NCBI GenBank assembly: GCA_051294905.1
Contig: CM119383.1
Coordinates: 22,196,001-22,260,000, forward strand
Direction of reading: 5' to 3'
DNA: 64,000 nucleotides
DNA from: Botryllus schlosseri
Taxonomy: Eukaryota
Shown: one piece after another, positions 24,160-37,013 of the stretch
How positions within the stretch are numbered: the first letter of the stretch is position 1
How the letters are laid out: each line of letters begins with the position of its first letter
Notes under the pieces: model-generated
Told to the model about the DNA's origin: nothing
What the model saw: only the letters and a program-made list of their open reading frames with translations
Database searches by the model: none
Translations under genes and position numbers: made by a program

Positions 24160-27100
24160 TGCCTCTATTTCCCTCGATCGGGGAGAGAAGTTGCCCAGTT
24201 CGTTTGTCTGTAGTACCTGTGGTAATCACCTGTAGAGCATCCTCTATCAGGATTACCACTCATGCATTCCTCGATTCTGGGGCTACCAACTGTCTATGTA
24301 CTTATCGTTTACTAGACAAATTGGGGATTAGTGGTGAGCCAGTTAAGTGCTTGATGAATACTGCCGCAAGTACCCTTCCCAGCCAGTCTGAATTTGTGTC
24401 CATCTCTGTTCAAGGGATTGGGGAAAGTACAGTCATCAACTTGAATGATGTATTGGCTACTCGCCACTTTCCTGATGTCGAAAGTCATACCCCAAATGCA
24501 GAAACCGTTGCACAATGCTCACACCTGAAAGAACTGTATATACCGCTTATTGATATAAATGATGTTGACCTTATTACTGGTAGACAAGTTCTTATGTGCT
24601 ACCCGGCAGATGAAGTTATCAGACCCCGAGATAATTTGCCTGGTGCTGAACACACTGTATTTGGCTGGTGTTTGGGTGGTTCTGACAAAACCCTTCGAAC
24701 AAATGTCGACTCTACTGAAGTTATTTTCTTGATTGCAATAACAAGATTTCTGTTATTGATGATAATTTCAGGAAACATTTTGTTCCTCCAGCATTACCAA
24801 TGTGTTCTGCATGTAATGCTGATTTTCCTGATCTTAATTGTGATCCATATGAAATTCATCGCTCTGTCGAAGACGAACAAGCCATTGATATTATGAAGAA
24901 AACTTCACGCATAACAAATGGACGCTTTCAAGTCGGGATGCTTTGGAAATCAGACGACGTCGCTTTACCTCCAAACAGGGAAGCTGCTGTAAAGTCTCTG
25001 GAAACTCAACGAACCAAATTTATGAAAGATCCTCAATTTTTTCAGAAGTACAACGATAAAATTAATGACTATCTGTCAAGGGGGTATGCTCAGGCTATGC
25101 CGTCGGACATACTTCCTCCAACGAACCGTACTTTCTACTTGATCCACTTCAACACAAAGCAGAAAAAAATGAGAATTGTGTTTGATGCCAGCCGCAAGTT
25201 TGCGGGAAAAAGCTTGAATAGCCAATTACTAAGCGGGCCGGATATAAATTCCTCCCTCATTGGAGTGTTATCTCGATTTCGAATGCACAGATATGCGTGG
25301 GCAGCAGATTGGGCACAAATGTTTTCTCGGATCCAGACATACCCTGGGGACTCGGACAGTCTCAGATTCCTGTGATTTGAGGACAATGACATTCGTGGAA
25401 ACATTGTTGATTTCCAAATGACTTCTCACGTTTTTGGGAGCACGTGCTCTCCTGCTATTGCGCAGTTTTGTCTTCGTCAAATCGTTGCCCTCAACGGTAC
25501 TAATGCTGACGCTGCAACCTTGGATTGTATCCTAAAAAACATGTACGTTGATGACTGCGTTTCCAGTCAAGAGACTGTTGAGCTTTGTAATGAAACTATC
25601 AAACAACTTCGCTCGCTCTTTGCTAATTATGGATTCAACCTTACAAAATTTGTCAGTAATGATGCCAGAATCATGTCTCAAATTCCAGAGTCTGATCGAG
25701 CACCAAAATTTGTGAATCTTGATTTTGAAAATTCTAATTCAGAAAGCACGCTTGGCGTGATTTGGAATGTTGCTAAAGATACCATCCAAGTCAGTACAAA
25801 ACTTTCACCTAAACCTATCACGAGACGCGGTATTGCGAGCCAGATTGCTCAAGTATACACCCCCTTTAGCCACCTTGCGCCGTTTCTCCTCCCAGCAAAG
25901 CTTATCTTACAAGAATCTACACGTCTCAATCTTGAGTGGGATGCCCCGGTGGAGAGTACACTCAAATCCAGATGGGTGAAATGGACAGAAGGTTTGAAAA
26001 ACCTGGAAGACTTATCATTCCCTCGACGCTATAAACCCCCGGATTTTATTCCTGTCAACATTCAACTGCATAATTTTGCTGATGCAAGTAATATAGGATA
26101 TTCTGCTTGTAGCTACTTCCGATTTGAAGATGCTAATGGCAAAATTCATTTGACCTTTGTCAGGGGGATCTCTCGAGTCACACCGAAGAATGCTCCTAGC
26201 ATAACTCGGTTGGAACTGACGGCTGCGCTCAGTAGCGTCAAACTTTCAAGAGCAATTCTCAAAGACGTCGATTACAAGATCGATTCTGTTCATTATTGGA
26301 CAGACAGCACGGCAGTACTTCAATGCATAAAGAGTACGTCGTCACGGTTCCATACCTTTGTTCACGAGAGACTCTTAAAAATCCGTGCGCTGACACGGTT
26401 TGATCAATGGAATCATGTTGAATCTGCCTTGAACCCAGCAGATATTGGCTCTCGTGGTCTTAAGCCGGATCAGTTGAAACGTGCCAAAGTTTGGTTTCAT
26501 GGCCCTGAATTCCTTCTCCAACCACCTCGCTCATGGATGCATAGCACATATCAGGAGTGTGAGTTATCTCAAACTGAATTTCACAGAGAAATCATCTGTG
26601 CCTCTGACATCGCCATTGCTCACGATACAATGGCTGTTTATCTGGAAAGTTTCTCATCATTGAACAGACTTGTTCGTTCGACCGCGTGGATCCAACGCTT
26701 ACGTGCAATTTTACACTGGAAGTCTAAAGGCTCTCCTGATGATCCAAGCATCAAACCTGATCGTGGATTCCTTACTGGTAAGGAATTGGACACTGCCCTG
26801 AGGGAAGTTATAAGACTTTGTCAGTCTGAATCGTTCATAAAAGTTACTCCATTGTTAACTGTCCGTTCTCCTACCAGTGAACCAATTGACAAAAATGTCT
26901 CCCTAACGCATTGACTAAACTAATTCCATTTGTTTGTAATGGTGTAATGCTGGTTGGTGGTCGCCTGAATCAATCAGACTTGCCAGACTCATCCAAGAAC
27001 CCTATGATATTACCATCCCACCACCATGTTACTCGCCTGATTATTGAACAATGTCATGTTGAAAATGGCTACTGTGGGACTCTCCACGTCCTGTCTATCA

Positions 27101-28137
27101 TACGCAAAAAATTCTGGGTAGTAAAGGGTCAGACCACTATCCGAAAAGTACTGAAAAAATGCTTATTCTGTCAGTGTCGAAGGGCAACACCCGGCTGTCA
27201 GTATATGGCAGACCTCCCAAAATGCAGAATTACGCCCGGCAAGAATGTGTTTCATTATACAATGGTTGACTACTTTGGTCCCCTTATTTGTCGTCGTAAT
27301 CGCAGCCAAGTGAAACGCTATGGCTGTGTGTTTACATGTTTATGCACAAGAGCTGTACATTTGGAGGTGGTGGACTCTCTTGAGTCATCGGCCTTCCTAA
27401 TGGCATTTTCCAAATTTATTGATGTTCGTGGCAGACCAGCTCACATGTTCAGTGACAATGGTACCGCATTTGTAGGTGCCCAGAAAGAGTTGGGAAAATC
27501 CATTGCAAACTTGAATGTAGAGTCAATTGCCAGTGCATTGGCTGCTAAAAATATTCAGTGGCATTTTTCTCCTGCCCTTGCTCCTCATTTTCAAGGTACA
27601 GTAGAGCGGATTGTGCAAAGTTGTAAATGTATTCTCCATGGATTGAACAATAATGCCCCTTATTATGACAATACCTTGTCTGCTCTGCTCTATGGGGTCG
27701 CTCGCATTTTGAATGACAGACCGCTTACTCCTGTCTCAAATAATATTGGTGATTTACAGTGTTTGACGCCGAATTCAATTCTATTGGGTAGACTAGATCC
27801 ATCACTACCCTCACATGTATTCAACAAAGCTGATGAGTACGCAAAAAACTGGAAATATGTACAACATAAGCTTGATCTGTTCTGGGGCCGTTGGCTTAAA
27901 GAATATCTACCGCAATTACAGGCACGCTCGAAATGGCTGAAAGTACAACCCAACTTTAGGGTTGGCGATATTGTTTTGCTTAACGACACTACTGTTCCCC
28001 GTGGTAGATGGCCCAAAGGTGTTATTGAACATGTGTTCCCTGATCGTAATGGGCTGGTCAGGAGGGTAAAGGTTCGTACTGCGTGTGGAATCTATGAACG
28101 TGACATTCGTAAGTTGTGTCGTTTAGAACTGTCATGA
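23979..28137 (+). pseudogene. pol: BEL pol: aspartic protease, RT, RNase H, integrase; disrupted
   Basis: AFLDSGAT (PR), MYVDD (RT), HNFADAS / RLELTAA / YWTDS (RNase H), VDYFGP / SDNGTAF / GTVERIV (IN). Frameshifts near 24800 and 26911; TGA at 25373-25375. Confidence 0.95.
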
Positions 28138-28245
28138 TGTCTTTTTCACAATTTGATTTATTTCGTTTCACGTCCACCTCTCATCAATTATTGTGACCCT
28201 CTGTAATGTACCTTGACGGTTTCCAATTGGTCACAGGGCCGGCCA

Positions 28246-28544
28246 TGTCGCGGTGGATTTTTCTTTATGGCTCATCGTTCACCACCTTGATTATTTCGTA
28301 GTGCACCCTGCACATGGTATGGCGCAGGGCTCAATATGTCGAGTGACGCGGTGGCGGTCGCCTGTTTTGTTTGTCGTAGTTCTGGTTTGTTTATCGTTTA
28401 TGTTTTGTCCTTTCAGGAAAATGAGTGATTTTTTAACGTCACAAATAAGATATTGATCCACTTGGTGTTCTTGTTTGATGTCAGTTGAAAATCAGAAGAA
28501 GTCAGCTTGATACAATACGGTAGTCGCCATTTTTGGAGACGATA
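28246..28544 (+). repeat. 3' LTR of BEL/Pao element (299 bp)
   Basis: Differs from the 5' LTR, as far as I can read, only at base 2 (G vs A) and by a 3-bp insertion (GAA). Confidence 0.9.
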
Positions 28545-31500
28545 AGGGATATTCAATGTATAATTTACAAGTAGGTCTTATTTGACGGGAGCTTGACAGA
28601 CAGGCATTCCACAAACATCGTGAAAATGTAATACTATTGTACTATGCATGCTTGACACGGAACAAATCACATTTTCAAAGATTTGAATAAAATTGTTTCG
28701 TGTTAAAATAATGAGTTATAGACATCATGCGAGAGGGTGGATCATGATTTGTGACATCGTAAAACTGTCGGGTTATAATATTGCTGCTAGTGGACCTCTG
28801 ACGTGCCACAATTTTATGTAGAATACTTTAAAAGCTCCTGAAGATTGATCTGATATCAGAGCATTTGAGCGGTGTATCCTAATCCAGGATTAGATATAGT
28901 CGTGATAAGTAGGCTGTTGTTACTGTCATTGCCAAAGTCAAATTAAATCAGCATTGGATTTTGCTTTCGATTATTATTGGAACATATCAATAACCCTAGC
29001 CATAGTAATAGCATTATTTCTTAACCTTTCTAGCTATCGTACCCCTTGTGCTTCTAATAAGATTTCTTGTAGCCCCTGTCCATTTTCTACACAATTTCTG
29101 ATGGTAGGCTACCTATATTAAAATCAAAAAGCCCATTCACATAGAATCGCGCGTAGCATGAAGAATTTCCCTGTTGCATAAATTGGCGAATAAAATATTC
29201 CACAGCATACCGGCCTAATTCCACAATAGGGGTCTACTGACCAGTGGCGGCTCGTCCTATAGGGCAACTGGGGCATTGCCCCACATAAATTCTGTTCAAT
29301 ACCAATTCTTTACCATTTATAAACGCACCGAAATCACAGCGAAAATCGCATTCTTCTTGTCCTTTCGCTTGTAAATGCCCCTATATAGCGAAGTCTCTGC
29401 GAAAATCGAATTCTCTTCCGTGTTTTCGCTTTGCGAATGCCTAGCCGGGGCATGCCCCGGTAGCGCTCATAACAAGCTTTTACTGTCTATTCTCTCAAAG
29501 CCGCGCACAATAAAGAAACGGTGATTTACTCTATCCTATTCATAAAATTACCGAGCAACCGGGCAACATAGCCTAGTTGCCCTTAAGGTGTGATGTAACA
29601 ATCGTATCTATATCTGAACTCGGTCACCGTCATATGCGTTGAGTCGATCTTTGCTGGTATAGGTCAATTTTGATGGTGTTTCACTCCATGATAATTCTTG
29701 AAACTTGGTATGTCATGTCGTGATGGTGGTATTTAACACTGTCCTAAGTTTCAGGGTTTCTACTCAAAGTTTAGGGTAGTAATTCCGTTTCCGATGTTGA
29801 GTGTGTGCTGATCCGTCATGTATCGCAAACAGATTTTACTCAAAAGCCGGTATTGGTGTCCATTGATTTTGACGATGTTCCATACCGAGATTGGTCATGA
29901 CATTTGGTACGGTGAGTCTTAATGTTAGTATCGAGCGCTGTACCAAGTTTCAAGTTTGTCACTGAATTATGTTAGTGGTAATTTCGTTTCCTAAGTCGAA
30001 TGAGAGCAGACTCGACGATAGCTGTTTCGTTTTCGATGGCGGCTAACAGCTGATCGCTTGATCAGCCTATTCCTCAGTAAATTTTACGCAAAATTCGGAG
30101 TTGGTCTGTTCGTATTAATTTTGACAGTGAACCATACCGAAAACGGTCATGAGGCTACTTCTCGGTGATTTCATGTAACAGTGTACCAAGTTTTCGACTT
30201 TCATCCACGTATTTATTCGGTAATATATTTTCCAAAGGCGATTTTGCAGCAGACATATAGACACTAGACCGTAAGCCGTATGTGTCGTGTGACAGTCTCC
30301 AGCCTCAAGGCCAAAATCTCCTATACTGTACCGGGACCAGATTTCCGAGGCTGCTATCCGTAGTTTTTCAGAATTATGTTTTGGACTCAATATGACATGT
30401 CCAATCTATGAGATAACAATTGCGTATGTGTCCGAACTCGTTGACCTTTCCAGTTAGGCTTACGCAATCTCTCGAGTTATAGTCATTTCCATTTCTGCAG
30501 ATAATTAGTCAGGTACAGTGCGAACATGAACCGTGTCGAATCTTTGTTCCGTACGCCGTTTACGCAGTTAACACACTTCAAGTCACAGCTCACCGGCAGA
30601 CCTCTCGCGGCACATACGTTAAAATCACTGTTGTCGAGAAGTTCGTGTTACCGTAGTCCGTACCACCAAGTTACTTGTTTACGTTGGAAAACGCCATTGT
30701 GACGTCATCTTGATAAAAAGTCGCTTGCAGCCCTTGCCCCACCACCCGATATTGTCACGAGCCGCCACTGGCAATGTGTCCGATACATGCTTTTCACAGA
30801 AGACACCAAGGGGCACGAGAAATCAGATGCACTTTTACACGGCGATAGGTATTTGTACTGCATTCAGATGTCGAACTATAATGAACGATTGGAGCTTGTC
30901 TCTGTCATCAAGATTGCTCCCTGGACATTGATCGGGGACACATTCCATTGTTACCTGCATCAACCACAAAAATATCATGCCTATTGGTCAATACGCAGGC
31001 TTGGCATGGGTATTATTTCATCGATCTATGTATGTCTCCGCATTTGAAGACGCATCGATCGATGGTGCTGCATTAGATGACACAAAGTATCTGGAGTTAT
31101 CTATTATTATAACAGTAATATAACTATGTAACATTCACTTCGTATGTCCACCACATCGGTTAGCAGCTTGATCTAATAACGACATGCGATACAAAATGAT
31201 CCTTGCACCCAAGTGATCAAGTATATCCTCTGACATACATGGCATCGATAGTGACTGCGACAATGCGACATGCATCTCATTTGTACATTATTTGCTTCAA
31301 CCTGGAAGAACGGCACCTATGTGGATAAATATATATATAAATTATATGGGATCGGAAACGTGACCAAAATCAAATTTCTGGGAACAGAGCTCCACATATT
31401 ACCAAGAGTACCGGTATGTTATTAGGCTACATCGTTGCCTTTATTCACATCTGCAGCACAACTGCAGTGTGTCAAGTTCAAGTGCTGCTACAGCATAGAA

Positions 31501-31720
31501 ATATTCATAGATTCATCGACACAATTCTCATCGTGCAACAATATGAGTGCAAGTTCCATTGATGTTGAGGATCTTGAACGTCGTATGTATAGCATTACGA
31601 TAATCAAATATGTATCATTGTATATATTGACCGTATATCGCGGACTCATCATAGACCTGATACAGAAAGGAAGGATTCTATCAGCCCGGCATTATCCAAT
31701 TCACAGCTATTCAGCTATAC

Positions 31721-32771
31721 CAGGGGCGGGCAACATACGGCCCGCGGGCCGGATCCGGCTCGCGAACGGATTTTGTCCGGCCCGCGGACAGTTTTCGTCT
31801 TACATGATAATGTGGCCCGCGGCCCCAGTCTGCGAGATTCCCCACTACTTGCTTACTAGGTCAAATTTCAATGATTGTATGTTATTATATACGTGTATGC
31901 GCAGCGTGAGAGAGTGGAACTTATGTGTAACTTCGTCGAAGCAAGAAGACTTTGCTTTATCGGCATTTACGATGTACTCAACCCTAATGTCGTTTGTCGT
32001 AATCATGGTGTTTGTCGACTAGAATGGTCATTTACACCAGGCTGATATTTCTTATTTTTGATTCCGTAACCGCCGACTTGTAGCGCGGCACACTTCTAGG
32101 CTTTTGCAAGGCACCGCTCATGCCAGGGGTTGCGGGCCACTTTTAAAATTTCGGTAGACGACGCGGGGCACATGAATTCAATATTGAGATTATAATTAGT
32201 CCACACAGTTGAGCAACGACGGACGCTATCTCGTCACTTACTCAACCCTAGCCAGACTGTTCATAGTCAAGTGTACCTGTTTGATGCTGGTGTGACCTGA
32301 CTAGATGACCTTCACGGTTTTATCGATCATTCCTATCTAATACCGAATACTGTGAATGCATATTTTCTGTACCACCATCACTGCCGCATTGTTATGTATT
32401 TTGGTTTGATGAAAACAAAGACTCTCTCTCTCTCTCTCTCTAATGAATTGATATCTTGGTAAATTTGGGGTACCGGGCTTATCGAACGCCTTGAATTAAG
32501 GATTGCACCGCGTGTTGATTGATCAGAGAGAAGCAGACATGGCGGTGCATGTATGGCAATGCTATTCTCAAATCCACAGTGTCTTCCTCATTATCGGCGA
32601 GAAATGGCTTTGAACCGACATTGCTGTCTTTAAAATACCTTCATTAAGTACGATTTATTCCTTGTATATGTGGACAAATGGTCGAATAATGTATCGATTC
32701 AGGAATCCGGCCCGCCAAGAACTTAGCTTTCCTATATCCGGCCCGCCGACTGGAGAAGTTGCCCGCCCCTG
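31721..32771. mobile_element. hAT-type non-autonomous element / MITE
   Basis: Perfect 14-bp TIRs CAGGGGCGGGCAAC / GTTGCCCGCCCCTG with an exact 8-bp TSD AGCTATAC (31713-31720, 32772-32779). Confidence 0.92.
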
Positions 32772-32847
32772 AGCTATACGAAAGATAACAAACTATGGAA
32801 TTGTTTGCAAGATTGCAACTACATGCCCTATCAGATCGGGGGAAGCA

Positions 32848-33102
32848 CCGGCCACAGCAAGCTGCGCGCTGCTCTGTGGCCGGCCACAGAATGTTATTTG
32901 GATTTCACAGCTTTTCTGAACCTAAGAGTATTTTCCACATATTAATGGTTCTTTGATACCCTAATTGTTTCGATCGGATACTGTGATTACGGTATTTAGT
33001 AATGGAAACAAGAAAACAGGCTAAATGACCGCATATTGACCGATCAAAGTATCTCGATGAAACACAGCGAGCTCAGATCTATTCTGTGGCCGGCCACAGA
33101 AT
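32848..33102. repeat. Palindrome cluster (CTGTGGCCGGCCACAG core)
   Basis: Perfect 22-bp palindrome at 33081-33102, 18-bp palindrome at 32873-32890, half-site at 32848-32857. Confidence 0.8.
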
Positions 33103-33285
33103 GTCATGTGACTTTCGCAGCTTTTGGAGAACTTATACCAAATATATGTCAGCGCTGAGGCCGTCGCCCCGGCCAGGACTCTGTCGTTTTTCGAGGGCGG
33201 CACCGCGCTCCGGCGACGGCCCACGCGACGCGAGGCGGAGGCGTCGAGAAAAAAGCGCCCGGGCACGCCCGGAGGCGGCCCGGGC

Positions 33286-33857
33286 ACAGATCGTAGATCT
33301 CGGGGATGACTTTCAACGCATCGCAGCGAGAAACTGCTCTAGCGGGTACGACACCCCGATCTTAAACTAGGTCGTCTGCGAATGATCCGGCACCTCGCCC
33401 GCGCGAAAAGTGCTACCGTCGTCTCGGCCGGCCCGAGTTTACGGGCCCGGCAAAGGGTCGACCGCCACAGGCTCCGTCGGCGCCGCCCGCGAAGGCGGCG
33501 CCTAGCCGCGCCTCGCTCGCCTCGAGGCACCCGGGACATCGTCGCTACTCAGGCGGGATTCCGACTTAGAGGCGTTCAGTCGTAATCCCCCAGATGGTAG
33601 CTTCGCGCCATCGGCTTGTCAGCCGAGCGCATGAACCAAATGTCTGAATCTGCGGTTCCTCTCGTACTGAGCAGAATTACTNNNNNNNNNNNNNNNNNNN
33701 NNNNNNNNNNNNNNNNNNNNNNNNNNNNNNNNNNNNNNNNNNNNNNNNNNNNNNNNNNNNNNNNNNNNNNNNNNNNNNNNNNNNNNNNNNNNNNNNNNNN
33801 NNNNNNNNNNNNNNNNNNNNNNNNNNNNNNNNNNNNNNNNNNNNNNNNCGCTTGGCT

Positions 33858-33899
<42 letters not shown>

Positions 33900-34286
33900 C
33901 AGCTCGAAACTCGCGAGCGCTGAAGGATCGATAGGCCGCGCTTTCGCGGTCCGTATTCGTACTGAAAATCCGGATCAAGCGAGCTTTTGCCCTTTTGCTC
34001 CACGCGAGGTTTCCGTCCTCGCCGAGCTCGCCTTAGGACACCTGCGTTACTCTTTGACAGATGTACCGCCCCAGTCAAACTCCCCGCCTGACGCTGTCTT
34101 CAGAGCGGGTCGCCCGCGGCGCGGGGACCGCGGGCTTAAGGCCAAAATCGTAGGCCGGCGGCTTAGCGCCGGCTCGCTCCCGCCTCACTGAATGAGCGAA
34201 AAAACGACCAGAGTAGTGGTATTTCACCGGCGGCGCCTCGCGGCGCCTCCCACTTATCCTACGCCTCTCGTGTCTCTTCACAAAGT

Positions 34287-34327
<41 letters not shown>

Positions 34328-34375
34328 ATTCCGCCAAGCCCGTTCCCTTGGCTGTGGTTTCGCCAGATAGCAGAC

Positions 34376-34432
<57 letters not shown>

Positions 34433-34442
34433 TATTTGGCTA
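33286..34442 (-). rRNA. 28S rRNA: Orphan 3' part of eukaryotic 28S rRNA gene (from the R2 site to the 3' end), with GC-rich 3' flank to about 33150
   Basis: Reverse complements of conserved LSU segments: GACTTAGAGGCGTTCAGTC, GCCACAAGCCAGTTATCCCTGTGGTAAC, TTAATCCATTCATGCGCGTCACTAATTAGATGACGAGG. N-run 33682-33848 lies inside. No 18S, 5.8S or 5' 28S nearby. Confidence 0.95.
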
Positions 34443-35439
34443 GTCATAGTGGAAGTCAATCACTTAGGGGGTTGGAAGCCCCATTTTGAGACGGCGCTTA
34501 ATCTTACTAGCCAAACCCTCGACACCGTCCGAAGTGACATTCCCACTTATGTGCTGCATTCGTAAGTTTATCTACCAGGCTCAGCTGGGCCTCGCTGCTA
34601 ACCATCTTTCGGGTTTGGTAATGCCGATCTGCTTCGGACTGACCAATCGGTGTCTTAGGCACCTTTTCCAGGACCTCACAGGTCCTGGACCAGCATTCTC
34701 CGCTCTCCTTTCGAAGGGCTCCCGACAGCCACAACGGTCAATCACCGGCTCCGGGCATGGCTTGTCCGTTGCTGCCCGTATCCCGTGGGACCTAAGGTCA
34801 GGCTTCACTCATGGTTTTCTCGAAATGAAGTATACCGGGGCGGCAGCACCACTCCGGTTTTGCCCGTCGCTTTTCTCTCCCCATCCCAGTAGGATAGCGA
34901 CCAAGGACCTCGGGGGAAGGAGTCGGTTATCCCATTTCGCAACTCGAAACCCTTTGACTCGGGGAGCCTTGTCCCAACCCGTTACTTACCATAACTGCTC
35001 GCCACGTCATCTGGTGGCTACTCAATATTTGCTACTTTGTGCCAAGAGGCATTTCCTACCTGACCATTGCATTTTGGCCAGGGCGAGTCTGTCGCGCGAT
35101 GCCTCAATGACACCCGTTCTGTCCGGGGGCAGAATATATTGCCCCTTGGTGCCTTGAGGCACTATGAGTTCGGCAACTCTGTTTAGCGTTGGTTGCCCCC
35201 CCGTCCAGTGCGGGATCTGGCGTTCACCATACGCGCCGTACCGGCCATCGAGCGCACGGTAGCCAATCCAATGTCCCTTTTTGTTAACCCGAGGGTTATT
35301 AGATCATTTAGTGAGTCCGGTGACCAGCAGCCTCTCCACGACAGGATTGCTGAGGTACACTTCACATCGATCCTACCGGTATGTTCCTGCACCCATTCAG
35401 TGACGTATACAGTGGAATACTTGGTCACTTTTGCATAAT
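34443..35439 (-). mobile_element. 5'-truncated R2 non-LTR retrotransposon (endonuclease C-terminus plus ~740-nt 3' UTR)
   Basis: Minus-strand KVTKY...TSAILSWRGCWSPDSLNDLITLGLTKRD resembles the R2 restriction-like endonuclease C-terminus; its 3' end abuts TAGCCAAAT, the canonical R2 insertion point in 28S. Confidence 0.85.
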
Positions 35440-36454
35440 GTTGTCCATATTAATAGCGCTCATTTTCTTTCCAGAAAAAATACATATGTCTACTTTTAAA
35501 TATTGTAATGTCGTGTTTGACTTACCACGAACTCCACATGTACGCCAACGCGAAAAGTTTTCTGACATTCAACTCTCGAAAACTGCCAACGACGAAATCG
35601 TGTCAAAAGAGTTTCACGAACGGTATGTACATCGTTTTCAATTCGATTCGCCACATTTCCTACTCGTATTTATTTCAATATACAGGTTTTCACAACGCCT
35701 GCTGATGGCGGCGAACTTTGAAGCGGAGGGAAACAAAAAATACTCGTTATCACGACGTCCGCTGATGGCGGCGAACTTCGACGCGGACACAAAAACAAAA
35801 TAGTTGTTTGCATATTTTCATCCTTTCCAATAACTTCTTCGTTTTTAATACATCGTTTTCATTGTGCCCTTGTTTCTCGTGATTCTTTGTCTGGATGCGT
35901 CGAATTAGACTGTAGTGTTGAGAAGGTAACAACGTTATCGGAAACTTAGTGACAGGATAACGTCTTATTATAGCTATCGTGCCCTAAAGTTTTGCATATC
36001 GTGTTACAGAGTTATAATTAGGGTTACAGTTACTAACATAATTTCAAACCAAGTATGCAGATGTCATATAGCTTCGTGCGAAAGCGATATGGACGACGAA
36101 GTTATACGTATTGATTCACCAAAAAGTCCGAAGTTTACAATTCAGGTGTGACGTGAACAGTATCGCCAATATGTGGAAAATTCAGCGCAGCATAGTTCAA
36201 ATTACACCCATACGACGCCGAATTTTTCCATATTGAGACCCGCATTTCTCATGGGAAGTTCGTCGACTTCGGTGCGATCGATCAAATTATACTAGGAGTA
36301 GCGTATCGTGTCTTAGTAGTAAACTACGCGATGCGAGCGACCTGTAAGTCTGCCATGGGATGTAGTTCGACGATTGGGTGCCACATACAGACATCCCATG
36401 CACCTCGGGCGGGCTGGGCGTGGTTGTGACGTCATAATGAGTAGAATCCGTTAT
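35440..36454. repeat. About 1-kb block duplicated at 50445-51459
   Basis: Near-identical sequence, giving the same ORF-track entries (MSTFKYCNVVF..., MLPSQHYSL...). Confidence 0.92.
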
Positions 36455-37013
36455 TACATGTAACTATTATAGTAACTCCAGTGTTAGATCTACTTATACG
36501 AGTTTCATAGACGTGTCTCTTTCTTGTAGCCATAAATATTATATAACTTTTCTGACACCCTATAGTTCCAGACATGGTAGACATTTCATTTTGGTGTCAT
36601 TGGAAAGGTGACAAAAAAATCTCCAACGTATTTTTTTTTTGAGTCGCTACTTCAAGTACTTTTCGAGTAGTGGCTTTGTAAAGTAGTTTCAATGTAGTTT
36701 CGACGTTTTTAATGCTATCGACTTCATTTTTGTATCGTTGAATACTTGTCGCAAGACCAATCTTCAGTACAAGTATCAAGTAGATTCGTCAAGTAGTTTT
36801 CGAGTAGTGGCCGTGTGAAGTCGTAGTTTCAATTTCGTGAGTGCTGTCGACTTCATTTTTGTATCGTACATTACTTGTTGCAAGACCAATCTCCAGTCCA
36901 AGTATCAAGTAATTTTGTCAAGTAACAAACATCTTATAGTATTTTTAATGTTTCGGCAATGCTTTTTGCCATGTTTTGGTGGCTGTAGAGAGTTGATTTT
37001 TTCATGGATGAAT

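Larger units (their letters stand above)
15765..28544 (+). mobile_element. BEL/Pao LTR retrotransposon, defective, with nested LINE
   Basis: Near-identical LTRs, 5-bp TSD AGGGA (15760-15764, 28545-28549), and Gag-PR-RT-RNaseH-IN order typical of BEL/Pao. Confidence 0.95.

Noticed and set aside
33682-33848. N-run as a true scaffold gap or insertion
   Set aside because: Its 167-nt length fits, by my recall of the conserved 28S segment, the missing rRNA sequence almost exactly, so it is probably hard masking; confirm by alignment.
33286-34442. Functional rRNA gene
   Set aside because: Only the 3' portion downstream of the R2 site is present; there is no 18S, 5.8S or promoter.
33021-35157. ORFs over the 28S fragment and antisense to the R2 3' UTR (e.g. 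34486-35157)
   Set aside because: GC-rich non-coding sequence gives spurious ORFs; no recognisable motifs.
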